A stretch of DNA of 64,000 nt from an uncultured Acidobacteriaceae bacterium (GCA_964500065.1 CAZCNH010000007.1:1-64000), one strand, 5' to 3'; shown: positions 28,149 through 36,758, numbered from the stretch's first letter. The notes: a model not told the origin generated them from the sequence alone. Program-made: numbers and translations.

Positions 28149-29252
28149 GTGTCCCAATCGGAAGGAACGAAATCCTCATTTCCGCGGATAATGTGGCCGG
28201 GCATGGATACGGCACTTTTCATCGCTGAGACTGTTGGCTGGATCCTGGCCATCGCCATCGTGTACCAAGCTTTCGGCGTGGGGCTGGACGCCAGGCGTTT
28301 CCCTCCTCCCGGCAAACGAGTGGATGTGGGCGGCCGTTGCATTCACATTCACGTGGACGGGAAATCCAGCGCAGGCGCGCCGGCGGTGATCCTCGAATCC
28401 GGCATCGCGGCGTCTTCACCCAGTTGGCGGCTGGTGCAGCCAGAAATCGCTAAGCTCTCCCGGGTGATCACCTATGATCGCGCCGGCCTCGGTTGGAGCG
28501 ACATGAGCAAAAGTCCGGTAACCCCGGAAAGTATCCTGCACGACTTGCGCACCGCGCTCGAGCGTGCCGGCGTAAAGCCGCCGTACGTTTACGTCGGCCA
28601 TTCGTTTGGCGGCCTGGTGGCACAACTGTTTGCGTCGAAGCATTCGAACGAGCTTGCCGGAATGGTACTGCTCGACCCGCCGCACTGGAGCGAATGGCAC
28701 CCGCAAGCCCCTCCCGAAAAACACATCATGCTGCAACGCGGCGCGCGGCTTTCCCGGCGCGGCGCGTGGTGCGCACGGTTCGGCATCAACCGCGCACTGC
28801 TCAGCCTGCTCACCTCCGGCTTTGTGCGCGGGCCACGCGCGTTTGTGGTGGCGGTCAGCGGGCGCGCCGCCACCATCGCCAATCGCATCGTCGGCGAGAT
28901 CCGCAAGTTGCCGCCGGAAACATATCCAATCCTGAAGGCCTTGTGGTCGCAGCCAAAATGTTTTGAAAGCATGGCCGCCCATCTCGAGGCCTTGCCTGCC
29001 GTTTCAGCCGAAGTTGGCAAGTGGTCCAAGCCCGGGGTGCTGGGCGATCTCCCGCTGGTGCTGATCACGGCAAGCAATCACACCACGGACATCATGCGCC
29101 TGCATGAAGAAGTTCCCGCACTTTCCACACGTGGGCGTCATTTGGTGGCCAGGCACAGCGGCCATTGGATCCAACTCGACCAACCCGAGCTGGTGGTACA
29201 CGCCATCAGGAGCCTGACAGAATCACCCACCAGTGCGGAAGCGGGCGGATAA
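28149..29252 (+). CDS. alpha/beta-fold hydrolase with an N-terminal TM anchor
   Basis: Nucleophile elbow VGHSFGG; HGxP-like region; ~360 aa; start ambiguous (28149/28191/28203). Confidence 0.7.
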   Translation: MSQSEGTKSSFPRIMWPGMDTALFIAETVGWILAIAIVYQAFGVGLDARRFPPPGKRVDVGGRCIHIHVDGKSSAGAPAVILESGIAASSPSWRLVQPEIAKLSRVITYDRAGLGWSDMSKSPVTPESILHDLRTALERAGVKPPYVYVGHSFGGLVAQLFASKHSNELAGMVLLDPPHWSEWHPQAPPEKHIMLQRGARLSRRGAWCARFGINRALLSLLTSGFVRGPRAFVVAVSGRAATIANRIVGEIRKLPPETYPILKALWSQPKCFESMAAHLEALPAVSAEVGKWSKPGVLGDLPLVLITASNHTTDIMRLHEEVPALSTRGRHLVARHSGHWIQLDQPELVVHAIRSLTESPTSAEAGG

Positions 29253-29312
29253 TCAGGAGAAGTCGTCCAGTATTGCTTTCCCGAGGGCCGTGGCCGCGTC
29301 TTCAAAGGCACT

Positions 29313-30563
29313 TTACGCGCCTTGTGCGACTGCGCGTAGTGCCGCTAGGAATCGTTCCACTTCTTCCGCCGTGTTGTAATGCACGAGGCCGATGCGCAGG
29401 AAGCCGCCGGATGATTCGATACCCAGGCGTTCGGTGAGGTTCAATGCGTAGTAATTGCCATCCCAGGTGAAGAAGCCACGGTCGCCCAGCCGACGCGCGA
29501 GTTCGGTGGGGTGATGGTCGCCAATGCGTACGCCGAAGGTGGGCACGCGCTGTTCAAGCCGCGCTTCGTCGGAGATCCCGTACAGCTTCAATCCGGGAAT
29601 GGCCAGCAGCCCGCGCAGCATTTGCAGGGAAAGCTCCTGCTCATAAACATGGATCGCGCGGTGCGCAGCCAGAATCGCAGCGCGGCGAGATGCGACGGCG
29701 GGGTCCGCCTGCCGGCCCAAATCCGCAATGTAATCCACCGCGGCTTCGATGCCCGCGAGCAGCTCGTGGCACAGCGTGCCGGTTTCCCAGCGGTCCGGCA
29801 CATTATCGGATGCGGGCCTGACCTTGTATGGCCGGAACCGCGCCAAATGCTCGCGCTTGCCATAGAGCGCGCCGGAATGCGGGCCAAAGAACTTGTAGGG
29901 CGAACACGCCAGAAAATCACAGTCAAGCGCGCGCACGTCAATCGGTCCGTGCGGCGCATAGTGTACGGCATCAAGGAAGGCCAGCGCGCCCACGTTGTGC
30001 GCCAGCCGTACAACTTCGTTCACATCATTGATCGTGCCCACCGCATTTGCGGCATATCCAACCGCGACCACCCGGGTGTTGGAGTTGATCTTCAACCGCA
30101 GGTCATCCATGTCCAGCGTGCAGTTTTCGGGGTGAATATCCACTTGACGGATAATCACGCCGCGCTCTTCCAGCGCGCGCCACGGGGCCACGTTGGCATC
30201 GTGATCGAGCGTGGTAACTACAACCTCATCGCCGGGACCGAGAGTGCGGCCGATCGAGCGCGCCAAGCCCAGCGTGAGCGTGGTCATGCTCGGCCCAAAG
30301 ACAATTTCCGTCGCGTCACAGCCCAGGAAGTCGGCCATGGCGCCGCGCGCGGAGAGGATCAGCGCATCGGTGCGCCGGCTGGTATCGAACATCCCGCCGG
30401 TGTTGGCGTTGGAGCGAGTGTAGTAGTCGCTGACGGCGTCAATGACTCGCTGCGGCACCTGCGTCCCGCCGGGGCCGTCCAGGTAGACAGCAGGCGCTCC
30501 TGCCACCTTTAGATCGAGTGCCGGGAACTGTCTGCGAGCATAATTCAGATCGAATTTGGTCAT
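29313..30563 (-). CDS. class-V aminotransferase / cysteine desulfurase family protein (SufS/CsdA-like)
   Basis: PLP-fold class V; C-terminal HYNTAEEVERFL typical of the cysteine desulfurase/selenocysteine lyase group; 416 aa. Confidence 0.75.
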   Translation of the reverse strand: MTKFDLNYARRQFPALDLKVAGAPAVYLDGPGGTQVPQRVIDAVSDYYTRSNANTGGMFDTSRRTDALILSARGAMADFLGCDATEIVFGPSMTTLTLGLARSIGRTLGPGDEVVVTTLDHDANVAPWRALEERGVIIRQVDIHPENCTLDMDDLRLKINSNTRVVAVGYAANAVGTINDVNEVVRLAHNVGALAFLDAVHYAPHGPIDVRALDCDFLACSPYKFFGPHSGALYGKREHLARFRPYKVRPASDNVPDRWETGTLCHELLAGIEAAVDYIADLGRQADPAVASRRAAILAAHRAIHVYEQELSLQMLRGLLAIPGLKLYGISDEARLEQRVPTFGVRIGDHHPTELARRLGDRGFFTWDGNYYALNLTERLGIESSGGFLRIGLVHYNTAEEVERFLAALRAVAQGA

Positions 30564-30588
30564 TGGGGTCTCTAGCGTGTATGCCGCT

Positions 30589-30718
30589 CTTCCGTCATTC
30601 TAAGACCGCCGGAGGCGGACGAAGAATCTCGATGTTCAATGTTGCGGAAGACTTGTGACCGAGATTCTTCGGCCAAAACCGGGCCTCAGAATGACGAAGT
30701 GACTTCTTCCGCAGCCTG
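30589..30718. repeat. ~130-bp nested-palindromic intergenic element, copy 1 (sits in the 5' leader region of the sufS-like gene)
   Basis: About 80% identical to 58240..58371. Outer stem GTCATTCTaAG/CTCAGAATGAC, inner stem CGAAGAATCTCG/CGAGATTCTTCG, direct repeat of GACGAAG. Confidence 0.8.
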
Positions 30719-31783
30719 TCAGGTCTCCACTGCTTCAACAAAGTCCGACAGCAGCCCATACGCGGTAGCGATCACGCCGGGCTTGTGCTCGATGATGGAG
30801 AGGCCGAACACGTCCATATCAAAAAACAACGCTGACGTGGTCCCGGTCAGTTGCGCAAGCGGGTCACTCAGCGGCAATTGCTCGGGAGCCACACGAGCGC
30901 GAATCGCGCTGCCATCGCGGCGGGCGCTGCACACAAGTTTGTACGGCTTGCCGGAGGCGCGTGCTTCACGCGCCGCTTCCCTCGACAAGGTCGCAATGCC
31001 AACCCGCTCGACCTCGCCCGGCCGCAACGACGCGCCCATCAACACATTGCACAGCGCGCAGATTTTTACCGCCGGGTCCCAGCCCTCCAGATCGTCACTG
31101 GGATCAGTTTCCGCAACGCCAATTTCCTGCGCGCGGCGCACCGCATCGGCAAAAGTTCGGCCGGCCTCCATTTCCGTGAGCACCACGTTGCTGGTCGAGT
31201 TCAATAAGCCGCGGAACCCGCGCAGATTCACCACCGGCAGCGTGTGGCGAAACAGATTGAAGACCGGCGTGCCATCCATCACCGACGACTCGAAGAGAAA
31301 CCGTTTGCCAGCCTTCTCCGCAAGAGCATGCAATGCGTCTAACGCGTAAACCACCGGCCCCTTGTTGGCGCTAATGGCGTGCGCGCCATGCTCCAGCGCT
31401 GCCTGTAAGTGTTCGATGGCCGGCTGCCCCGTATGGCGGTTGAGGGACGACATTTCCATCAGCGCGTCCGCCTGTGCGGCGCGCAACCACTCACGCACAT
31501 TTGCGAATTGCCGCGGCATGACGCCGCTTTTGTGCCACGTCGAAGGCTCGCCGGGCGACGCAAGCAGCGCCGCCGGATCGAACCCATCAGGATGCGCGTT
31601 CCACCCCAGGCGCCGCGAAGCCATTCCGGTGATGCGCCAATCAATGCCATGTTGCTGGCGCAGGGCTTCGCGCTTGCTCATAAGCAAACGCACCAGTTCG
31701 CGGCCCACGTTGCCAAAGCCAACCAATGCCAGGTTGTAGGTCTTCGCGCTCACGTTGTGAACCCGGAATATTATCACGCCCAC
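30719..31783 (-). CDS. hom: homoserine dehydrogenase (short form without an ACT domain)
   Basis: NAD-binding LALVGFGNVGRELVRLL; homoserine dehydrogenase catalytic-domain motifs. Confidence 0.8.
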   Translation of the reverse strand: MGVIIFRVHNVSAKTYNLALVGFGNVGRELVRLLMSKREALRQQHGIDWRITGMASRRLGWNAHPDGFDPAALLASPGEPSTWHKSGVMPRQFANVREWLRAAQADALMEMSSLNRHTGQPAIEHLQAALEHGAHAISANKGPVVYALDALHALAEKAGKRFLFESSVMDGTPVFNLFRHTLPVVNLRGFRGLLNSTSNVVLTEMEAGRTFADAVRRAQEIGVAETDPSDDLEGWDPAVKICALCNVLMGASLRPGEVERVGIATLSREAAREARASGKPYKLVCSARRDGSAIRARVAPEQLPLSDPLAQLTGTTSALFFDMDVFGLSIIEHKPGVIATAYGLLSDFVEAVET

Positions 31784-31901
31784 AGATCTTCATTTTCGGG
31801 CGAGCCTAGCTCGTGGACACCATTTTCGGCGCGCCGCGAAGATAACTCTCTTGCCGGTTAAGGGAGTTGGCTCTTGTTCCAGGCACCCGTAGAATGGCAG
31901 C

Positions 31902-32882
31902 GTGACCAGTGGGCCTCTTGTTCTGGTTTTGGGCGATATCAACGTGGATGCGCTCGCCCGTTTGCCCGCGCCGCTCGAACCCCGCGCCGATAATCTTCAC
32001 ACCGGGTACGACTTGCAACTGGGCGGTGTCGGCGCCAACGTCGCAGTGTCGCTTGCCAAGTGCGGCGTAGCGGCCAGGCTGGCCGGATGTGTTGGCCGCG
32101 ACTGGCTGGGCGACTTCGCCTCGCGAGCGCTGGCGCGCCATGGGGTGGATACAAGCTGCGTCGCTCGCGCAGATGGTGTCACCGGCCTGGTGGTGATTCC
32201 CATTGATCCGGACGGCCAAAGAACGATTCTGGGAGCGCGCGGTGTGAACGAGCTTCCGCCCGACCGAACAACCGAGTCCTGGCTTTCTGGAGCAGCCGCC
32301 GTGCACCTGGTTGGCTACACTTTGCTCAGCCGGCATACCCAGCGGCTTCCTTCACAAATCGCCCGCGCCGCCCGCGAGCGCGGCATTCACGTTTGCTTCG
32401 ATCCGGGGCCCGGCCCCTGCAAACTTGCCCGCAATACCGTTCTGGAAGTCATCGCGCATTCCGATACGCTCCTGGTTGGATTGAACGAGGCGGAAATGCT
32501 TACCCACGCGAATGGCGCAGAAGCCGTGGGCGCGATTGCAACAATTGGCGCTGGGGCAGTGATCGTCAAGCGCGGCGAGGGCGGTAGTCAATTCCATGAA
32601 GCTGGACGCTGGTGGGCTATGCCGCCCTTCTCGGTGTCTCCCGTGGATTCCACTGGAGCCGGCGATGCCTTTGCCGCAGGTTATCTGTTCGGAAAGCTGC
32701 GCGGCTGGGGCATGGCCGATTGCGTTCTGCTGGCCAACGCCATGGGCGCAGCCGCGGCCGCCCGGATAGGCGCGGGGGAAAACATGCCCGGCCTCGAAGA
32801 TGTGCAAGCATTGGTGAAGACAGTAGAAATCCGCGAAACAAATGGCAAGCTGGCCGCGCGGCTGGCGCGCCTGCTGGGATAG
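31902..32882 (+). CDS. PfkB-family carbohydrate kinase (ribokinase-like)
   Basis: N-terminal GG motif; C-terminal GAGDAFAAGYL PfkB signature. Confidence 0.8.
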   Translation: MTSGPLVLVLGDINVDALARLPAPLEPRADNLHTGYDLQLGGVGANVAVSLAKCGVAARLAGCVGRDWLGDFASRALARHGVDTSCVARADGVTGLVVIPIDPDGQRTILGARGVNELPPDRTTESWLSGAAAVHLVGYTLLSRHTQRLPSQIARAARERGIHVCFDPGPGPCKLARNTVLEVIAHSDTLLVGLNEAEMLTHANGAEAVGAIATIGAGAVIVKRGEGGSQFHEAGRWWAMPPFSVSPVDSTGAGDAFAAGYLFGKLRGWGMADCVLLANAMGAAAAARIGAGENMPGLEDVQALVKTVEIRETNGKLAARLARLLG

Positions 32883-32906
32883 GCTGCTTATGACGGAGGT
32901 GCGCGT

Positions 32907-33767
32907 ATGACCGGAATGCCTGAGTGGAAGGAAAAATCGGACGCGTCAAGATTGAAGCGCATGAGCGACCTGTTCGGCGTGCAAAAGCCGGTGATCGGCA
33001 TGGTGCACCTGTGGCCGTTGCCGGGCGCGCCCGGCTTCATGGGCAATGGCCCGGGTTATGGCATGCAGCGCATCATTGACGAGGCGCTGCGTGAAGCCGA
33101 TGCGCTGGTGTCCGGCGGCGTGCACGGCTTGATGGTGGAAAACATGTGGGACTTGCCCTTTCGCGTCGGCAAAGATGTGCAAGTCGAGGCCGCTGCCGCG
33201 CAGGCGGTCGCTGCCGCCGAAGTGGTCAAGCGGTTTACGCGCGTACCGGTGGGCATCAATGTTATTCACAACGGCGGCATGGTTTGCCTGGCCATTGCGC
33301 TGGCCTCGGGCGCGAGGTTCATGCGCGTGTGCATCTTCACCGGGGCGCGCGTGTGGGACACCGGCGAACTCGACCACGGCTGCGCCGCAGACCTATTGCG
33401 CAAGCGCAAGGAGTTGGATGCGGAACACATCCACATTTTCGCCGATGTCGACAAGAAACACTCCGTCGCCTTCCCCGGCATTGATCTGGCCACGCATATC
33501 ACCTGGACGGAGTTTTATGGCGCAGATGCCCTGATCGTTTCCGGGAAAATGACTGCCGACGCTCCGGATTCTTCCGAACTGGCGCAAGCCAAGCGCCAGG
33601 CAAAAAAGCCTGTGCTGATCGGCAGCGGCGCGGACGAGCAGAATATCGGCGCCCTCCTGCAACATGCCGATGGAGTGATCGTCGGCTCCAGCCTGAAACG
33701 CGACGGGGTGATGGAAAACCCGGTGGATGTCGAACGCGTTCGCCGCTTTGTTGCCGCTGCCCGCTGA
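32907..33767 (+). CDS. BtpA/SgcQ family TIM-barrel protein
   Basis: GMVHLWPLPGAPGF N-terminal motif and overall length (286 aa) match the BtpA/SgcQ family. Confidence 0.65.
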   Translation: MTGMPEWKEKSDASRLKRMSDLFGVQKPVIGMVHLWPLPGAPGFMGNGPGYGMQRIIDEALREADALVSGGVHGLMVENMWDLPFRVGKDVQVEAAAAQAVAAAEVVKRFTRVPVGINVIHNGGMVCLAIALASGARFMRVCIFTGARVWDTGELDHGCAADLLRKRKELDAEHIHIFADVDKKHSVAFPGIDLATHITWTEFYGADALIVSGKMTADAPDSSELAQAKRQAKKPVLIGSGADEQNIGALLQHADGVIVGSSLKRDGVMENPVDVERVRRFVAAAR

Positions 33768-33796
33768 GCCTGATCTCTTCCCGGGCTTTTTTGTCA

Positions 33797-34894
33797 CTAC
33801 AATTGAATGTGCGGCGTCACTTTTTGCGTGCATTCGTACATGTCGCAGCAGGTGTGGCAGACGCGCTTGTAGGCCCGATACTGGCGCAGGCTGACGTGCG
33901 GCGAAAGGTAGTCTTCCCGCACCGGTTCCTCTTTCATCAGTCCTGTGCTCAGGTATTTTTTGTTATCGTCGGGGAAAATCGTGACCACCACCGCCTTGGG
34001 CCCCAGCTCTTCCTGCACCTTCAAGGCTCCCAGGAAATTCGCTCCGGATGAAATGCCCACGGCGAGTCCCAGTTGCGCCGCCAGTTTCTGCGCCATCAGG
34101 ATGGAATCTCCATCAGCCGCATCCACCGGAGAATCAAGCTGCGGCAAATCCACAATCTGCGGGATGAATTCATCGGAGATACCCTGGATGCGATGCGATC
34201 CGACTTTGCATCCCGTTCGCAGCGTGGGCGATTCGGCGGGTTCCAGCGGATGCACGCGTATCTTGGGATTCTGGCTTCGCAAATACTTGCCCACACCCAT
34301 CACCGTGCCGCCGGTGCCGACCCCCGCTACAAAAGCGTCTGGAAGGAGCGACGCAAACTGCAACTGCCACCAGATCTCCGGGCCGGTGGTTTCGAAATGA
34401 GCGTCCACATTCGCGGTATTGGAAAACTGCGACGGCAGAAAAATGGCTTGATCTTTTTCGCGTAGCTCCTGCGCCATGCGGATGCTGCCCACGAAGCCGC
34501 CTTGCTCGCGCGAGACCGAAACAATGTCTGCGCCCAGGCTGCGAATCAAGTCGTGCCGCTCCCGGCTCATCCAATCCGGCATGAAGATGGTGACCGGATG
34601 TCCCATGGATTTGCCCAGGGCGGCGAAGGAAATGCCCGTATTGCCGCTGCTGGCTTCGACGATGCGGTCACCAGGGCGCAGTTCTCCCCTGGCATAGGCG
34701 CGTTCCAGTATGAACATGGCCATGCGGTCCTTGATGCTGCCGGTCATGTTCAACTGTTCGGACTTTGCGAAAAGCGTGCGCGGTTGCCCGCGAAAGGTGA
34801 AATCAATCGCCAGCAACGGAGTATTGCCGACCATATGGCGCAATCCAATCGTACGCATGGCGGCAAGCGATTCCGCGGGGGCTGAATGGGACAT
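33797..34894 (-). CDS. cysteine synthase family PLP-dependent enzyme (CysK/CysM/CBS-like) with a ~45-aa Cys-rich C-terminal extension
   Basis: PLP-lysine motif [10 protein letters not shown]; SSGNTG loop. Internal ATG 34894 preceded by GAGG. Tail ...[10 protein letters not shown]... lies beyond the usual CysK end. Confidence 0.8.
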   Translation of the reverse strand: MSHSAPAESLAAMRTIGLRHMVGNTPLLAIDFTFRGQPRTLFAKSEQLNMTGSIKDRMAMFILERAYARGELRPGDRIVEASSGNTGISFAALGKSMGHPVTIFMPDWMSRERHDLIRSLGADIVSVSREQGGFVGSIRMAQELREKDQAIFLPSQFSNTANVDAHFETTGPEIWWQLQFASLLPDAFVAGVGTGGTVMGVGKYLRSQNPKIRVHPLEPAESPTLRTGCKVGSHRIQGISDEFIPQIVDLPQLDSPVDAADGDSILMAQKLAAQLGLAVGISSGANFLGALKVQEELGPKAVVVTIFPDDNKKYLSTGLMKEEPVREDYLSPHVSLRQYRAYKRVCHTCCDMYECTQKVTPHIQL

Positions 34895-35175
34895 GGAATC
34901 CTCGGAGGCAGGGTGCCTCTGGGGCGGGGCGCACCAGCAGTCTAACATGGCCCGCGGGCCGTGCGCGCAAAGTACGCATTGCAGTTTTCCATGCGTTGTG
35001 CGATAATGTGGCTGCGTTTGTTGCTCTTGTACCTTTAGTTTGCTAGAGGCTGCGGGGAACGACCTCGCGGCCTTTTTTCTTTTGCGGCTAGGGGCGCGCT
35101 GTAGCTGCCGGTCTTGCGACCGGCCCGGCACGGATACAGAGACATCAAATAGCTTCAAAGAATGAGGAAACATCA

Positions 35176-35379
35176 GTGAAAGAACAAGGAACAGTAAAGT
35201 GGTTCAACGCCAGCAAGGGATACGGCTTCATCCAGCGCCAGTCGGGTGAGGACGTCTTCGTGCACTTCTCCGCGATTCAGGCGGAAGGCTACAAATCGTT
35301 GAACGAAGGCCAGGCCGTGGAATTCGAGGTCCGCAAGGGCCCGAAGGGTCTGCAGGCCGACCAAGTCGTCGCGCTCTAA
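35176..35379 (+). CDS. csp: cold-shock protein (CspA family)
   Basis: RNP motifs [12 protein letters not shown] and VFVHFS; 67 aa; GTG start with AGGAAA RBS. Confidence 0.9.
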   Translation: MKEQGTVKWFNASKGYGFIQRQSGEDVFVHFSAIQAEGYKSLNEGQAVEFEVRKGPKGLQADQVVAL

Positions 35380-35410
35380 GCTGCAAACGCAAAAGAGATT
35401 GCGATTTATC

Positions 35411-35455
35411 CGCCCGCTCCGGTCCGCCGGGGCGGGCGTTTCCTTGTGTAGCACG
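35411..35455 (+). terminator. putative intrinsic terminator after csp
   Basis: GC hairpin GCCCGC...GCGGGC followed by a weak T-rich tract (GTTTCCTTGTG). A second 7-bp hairpin CACGGGCttccGCCCGTG follows. Confidence 0.4.
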
Positions 35456-35565
35456 GGCTTCCGGCCCGTGCGCCTCCCTCCCGCGGGGCAAACGGGCAAC
35501 TATCTTCCGGGCACCCGCACAACCGCGTTTTTTTTGCTTTTGTGTTAAAATTATTTTGGTTCCGC

Positions 35566-35641
35566 GCGCCCTTAGCTCAATGGATAGAGCGTCTGGCTAC
35601 GAACCAGAAGGCTGGGGGTTCGAGTCCCTCAGGGCGCGCCA
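35566..35641 (+). tRNA. tRNA-Arg (anticodon ACG)
   Basis: Folds by hand into a cloverleaf: acceptor GCGCCCT/AGGGCGC, D-arm GCTC-AATGGATA-GAGC, anticodon arm TCTGG-CTACGAA-CCAGA (ACG), T-arm GGGGG-TTCGAGT-CCCTC, discriminator G, encoded CCA. Confidence 0.9.
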
Positions 35642-35656
35642 CTTCATTGCCCCAGA

Positions 35657-35911
35657 ATGTTCCACGTTTATGTCCTTCGCAGCACTGTCACCGGTCGGCA
35701 CTATGTCGGCCACACTTCCGACGTTACCCAACGAGTCGGTCAGCACAATCGAGGAATTACGAAGTCAACCAGGAACCGTGGCCCATGGGAACTGGTTCAC
35801 CATGAGTCGTACGAGACCAAACGTGAAGCCACTCGACGGGAGAGGTTCCTGAAAACCGGCAAGGGCCGCGAAGAATTGAAGGCCATACTTAACGCGAAGC
35901 TTGCACCATAG
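35657..35911 (+). CDS. small stand-alone GIY-YIG nuclease-domain protein (YhbQ/UPF0213-like), copy 1
   Basis: MFHVYVLRS...GRHYVGHTSDVTQRVGQHNRG...ESYETKREATRRERFLK matches GIY...YIG...R...E...N spacing. 84 aa; starts 16 nt after the tRNA. Confidence 0.8.
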   Translation: MFHVYVLRSTVTGRHYVGHTSDVTQRVGQHNRGITKSTRNRGPWELVHHESYETKREATRRERFLKTGKGREELKAILNAKLAP

Positions 35912-35979
35912 CTGTTGGATAGAGTCCGCCTGCGGCGGAAACCAGAAGGCTGGGGGTTCGAGTCCCTCAGGGCGCGCCA
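35912..35979 (+). pseudogene. tRNA-Arg-derived fragment: D-arm-like segment, GC hairpin TCCGCCTGCGGCGGA in place of the anticodon arm, then intact T-arm/acceptor 3' strand with CCA
   Basis: GCTGTTGGATAGAG-TCCGCCTGCGGCGGA-AACCAGAAGGCTGGGGGTTCGAGTCCCTCAGGGCGCGCCA aligns to the intact tRNA except for the 5' acceptor strand and the anticodon arm. Confidence 0.7.
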
Positions 35980-35994
35980 CTTCATTGCCCCAGA

Positions 35995-36249
35995 ATGTTC
36001 CACGTTTATGTCCTTCGCAGCACTGTCACCGGTCGGCACTATGTCGGCCACACTTCCGACGTTACCCAACGAGTCGGTCAGCACAATCGAGGAATTACGA
36101 AGTCAACCAGGAACCGTGGCCCATGGGAACTGGTTCACCATGAGTCGTACGAGACCAAACGTGAAGCCACTCGACGGGAGAGGTTCCTGAAAACCGGCAA
36201 GGGCCGCGAAGAATTGAAGGCCATACTTAACGCGAAGCTTGCGCCATAG
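35995..36249 (+). CDS. small stand-alone GIY-YIG nuclease-domain protein, copy 2 (identical protein; one synonymous difference)
   Basis: Same 84-aa sequence as 35657..35911; single gca->gcg difference at the last Ala codon. Confidence 0.8.
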   Translation: MFHVYVLRSTVTGRHYVGHTSDVTQRVGQHNRGITKSTRNRGPWELVHHESYETKREATRRERFLKTGKGREELKAILNAKLAP

Positions 36250-36325
36250 CTGTTGGATAGAGTCCGCCTGCGGCGGAAACCAGAAGGCTGGGGGTTCTCC
36301 GCCGCGGCGGACTCAGGGCGCGCCA
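36250..36325 (+). pseudogene. second tRNA-Arg-derived fragment; the T-loop is additionally disrupted by GC hairpin TCCGCCGCGGCGGA
   Basis: Same as fragment 35912..35979 up to GGGGGTTC, then TCCGCCGCGGCGGA replaces GAGTCC, then CTCAGGGCGCGCCA. Confidence 0.65.
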
Positions 36326-36341
36326 CTTCAACCCACTCCCC

Positions 36342-36758
36342 TTACTTTGAGGTTTTCTTGACGCGGATGCGCCGGTAGAGGGTTTTCTCTTTGTCCACGA
36401 CCAGGGTGCCCACGAGTTCGTTTCCTGTGAGTTTGAATTCCCAGTAGCCCCACTTGCGAAAATTGGCTTCGCAGCCCAGGGTCGTGGCAGGCGCGTCGTA
36501 CTTGCAGGGGAGGTTGCCCATCCACTCGCGCTTGCCGTCCACAATCTTGAACGCCTCAATGGTGACGCCGTTTGCGGTACCTCTATCGGGCTTGATCTCA
36601 TAGACCACATGCTCGTTCTTGCAGGGTGAACTGGGAATCGTGCATAGCGATTCGCCTTCCCATGTCCCAGTGACGGCTTCCACCCCCGTAGCGGCTTGAC
36701 CATTCGCCAAAAGTACCAGCAGAACTGCGACTGTGGTTGACCCCAAAAAGCGCTTCAT
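36342..36758 (-). CDS. secreted hypothetical protein (138 aa)
   Basis: Signal peptide MKRFLGSTTVAVLLVLLANGQAA after internal Met 36758; no recognisable domain. Confidence 0.5.
   Translation of the reverse strand: MKRFLGSTTVAVLLVLLANGQAATGVEAVTGTWEGESLCTIPSSPCKNEHVVYEIKPDRGTANGVTIEAFKIVDGKREWMGNLPCKYDAPATTLGCEANFRKWGYWEFKLTGNELVGTLVVDKEKTLYRRIRVKKTSK

Larger units (their letters stand above)
35602..36277 (+). repeat. direct tandem array, 2 x 338 bp (one mismatch), plus a degenerate ~50-bp third partial unit to ~36330
   Basis: Identity begins inside the tRNA at AACCAGAAGG; identical shadow ORF pairs 35542/35901, 35556/35915, 35657/35995. Confidence 0.9.

Noticed and set aside
35542-36190. Plus-strand ORFs 35542..35805, 35556..35852, 35901..36143, 35915..36190 overlapping the tRNA and GIY-YIG genes
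   Set aside because: They read through the tRNA sequence and in alternative frames of the GIY-YIG ORF; duplicated only because the 338-bp unit is duplicated; no domains.
35566-36330. Integrase/recombinase associated with the tRNA-linked repeat
   Set aside because: No tyrosine/serine recombinase or transposase ORF exists in or next to the array (the flanks are csp and a secreted hypothetical protein), so a classical integrative element cannot be claimed.
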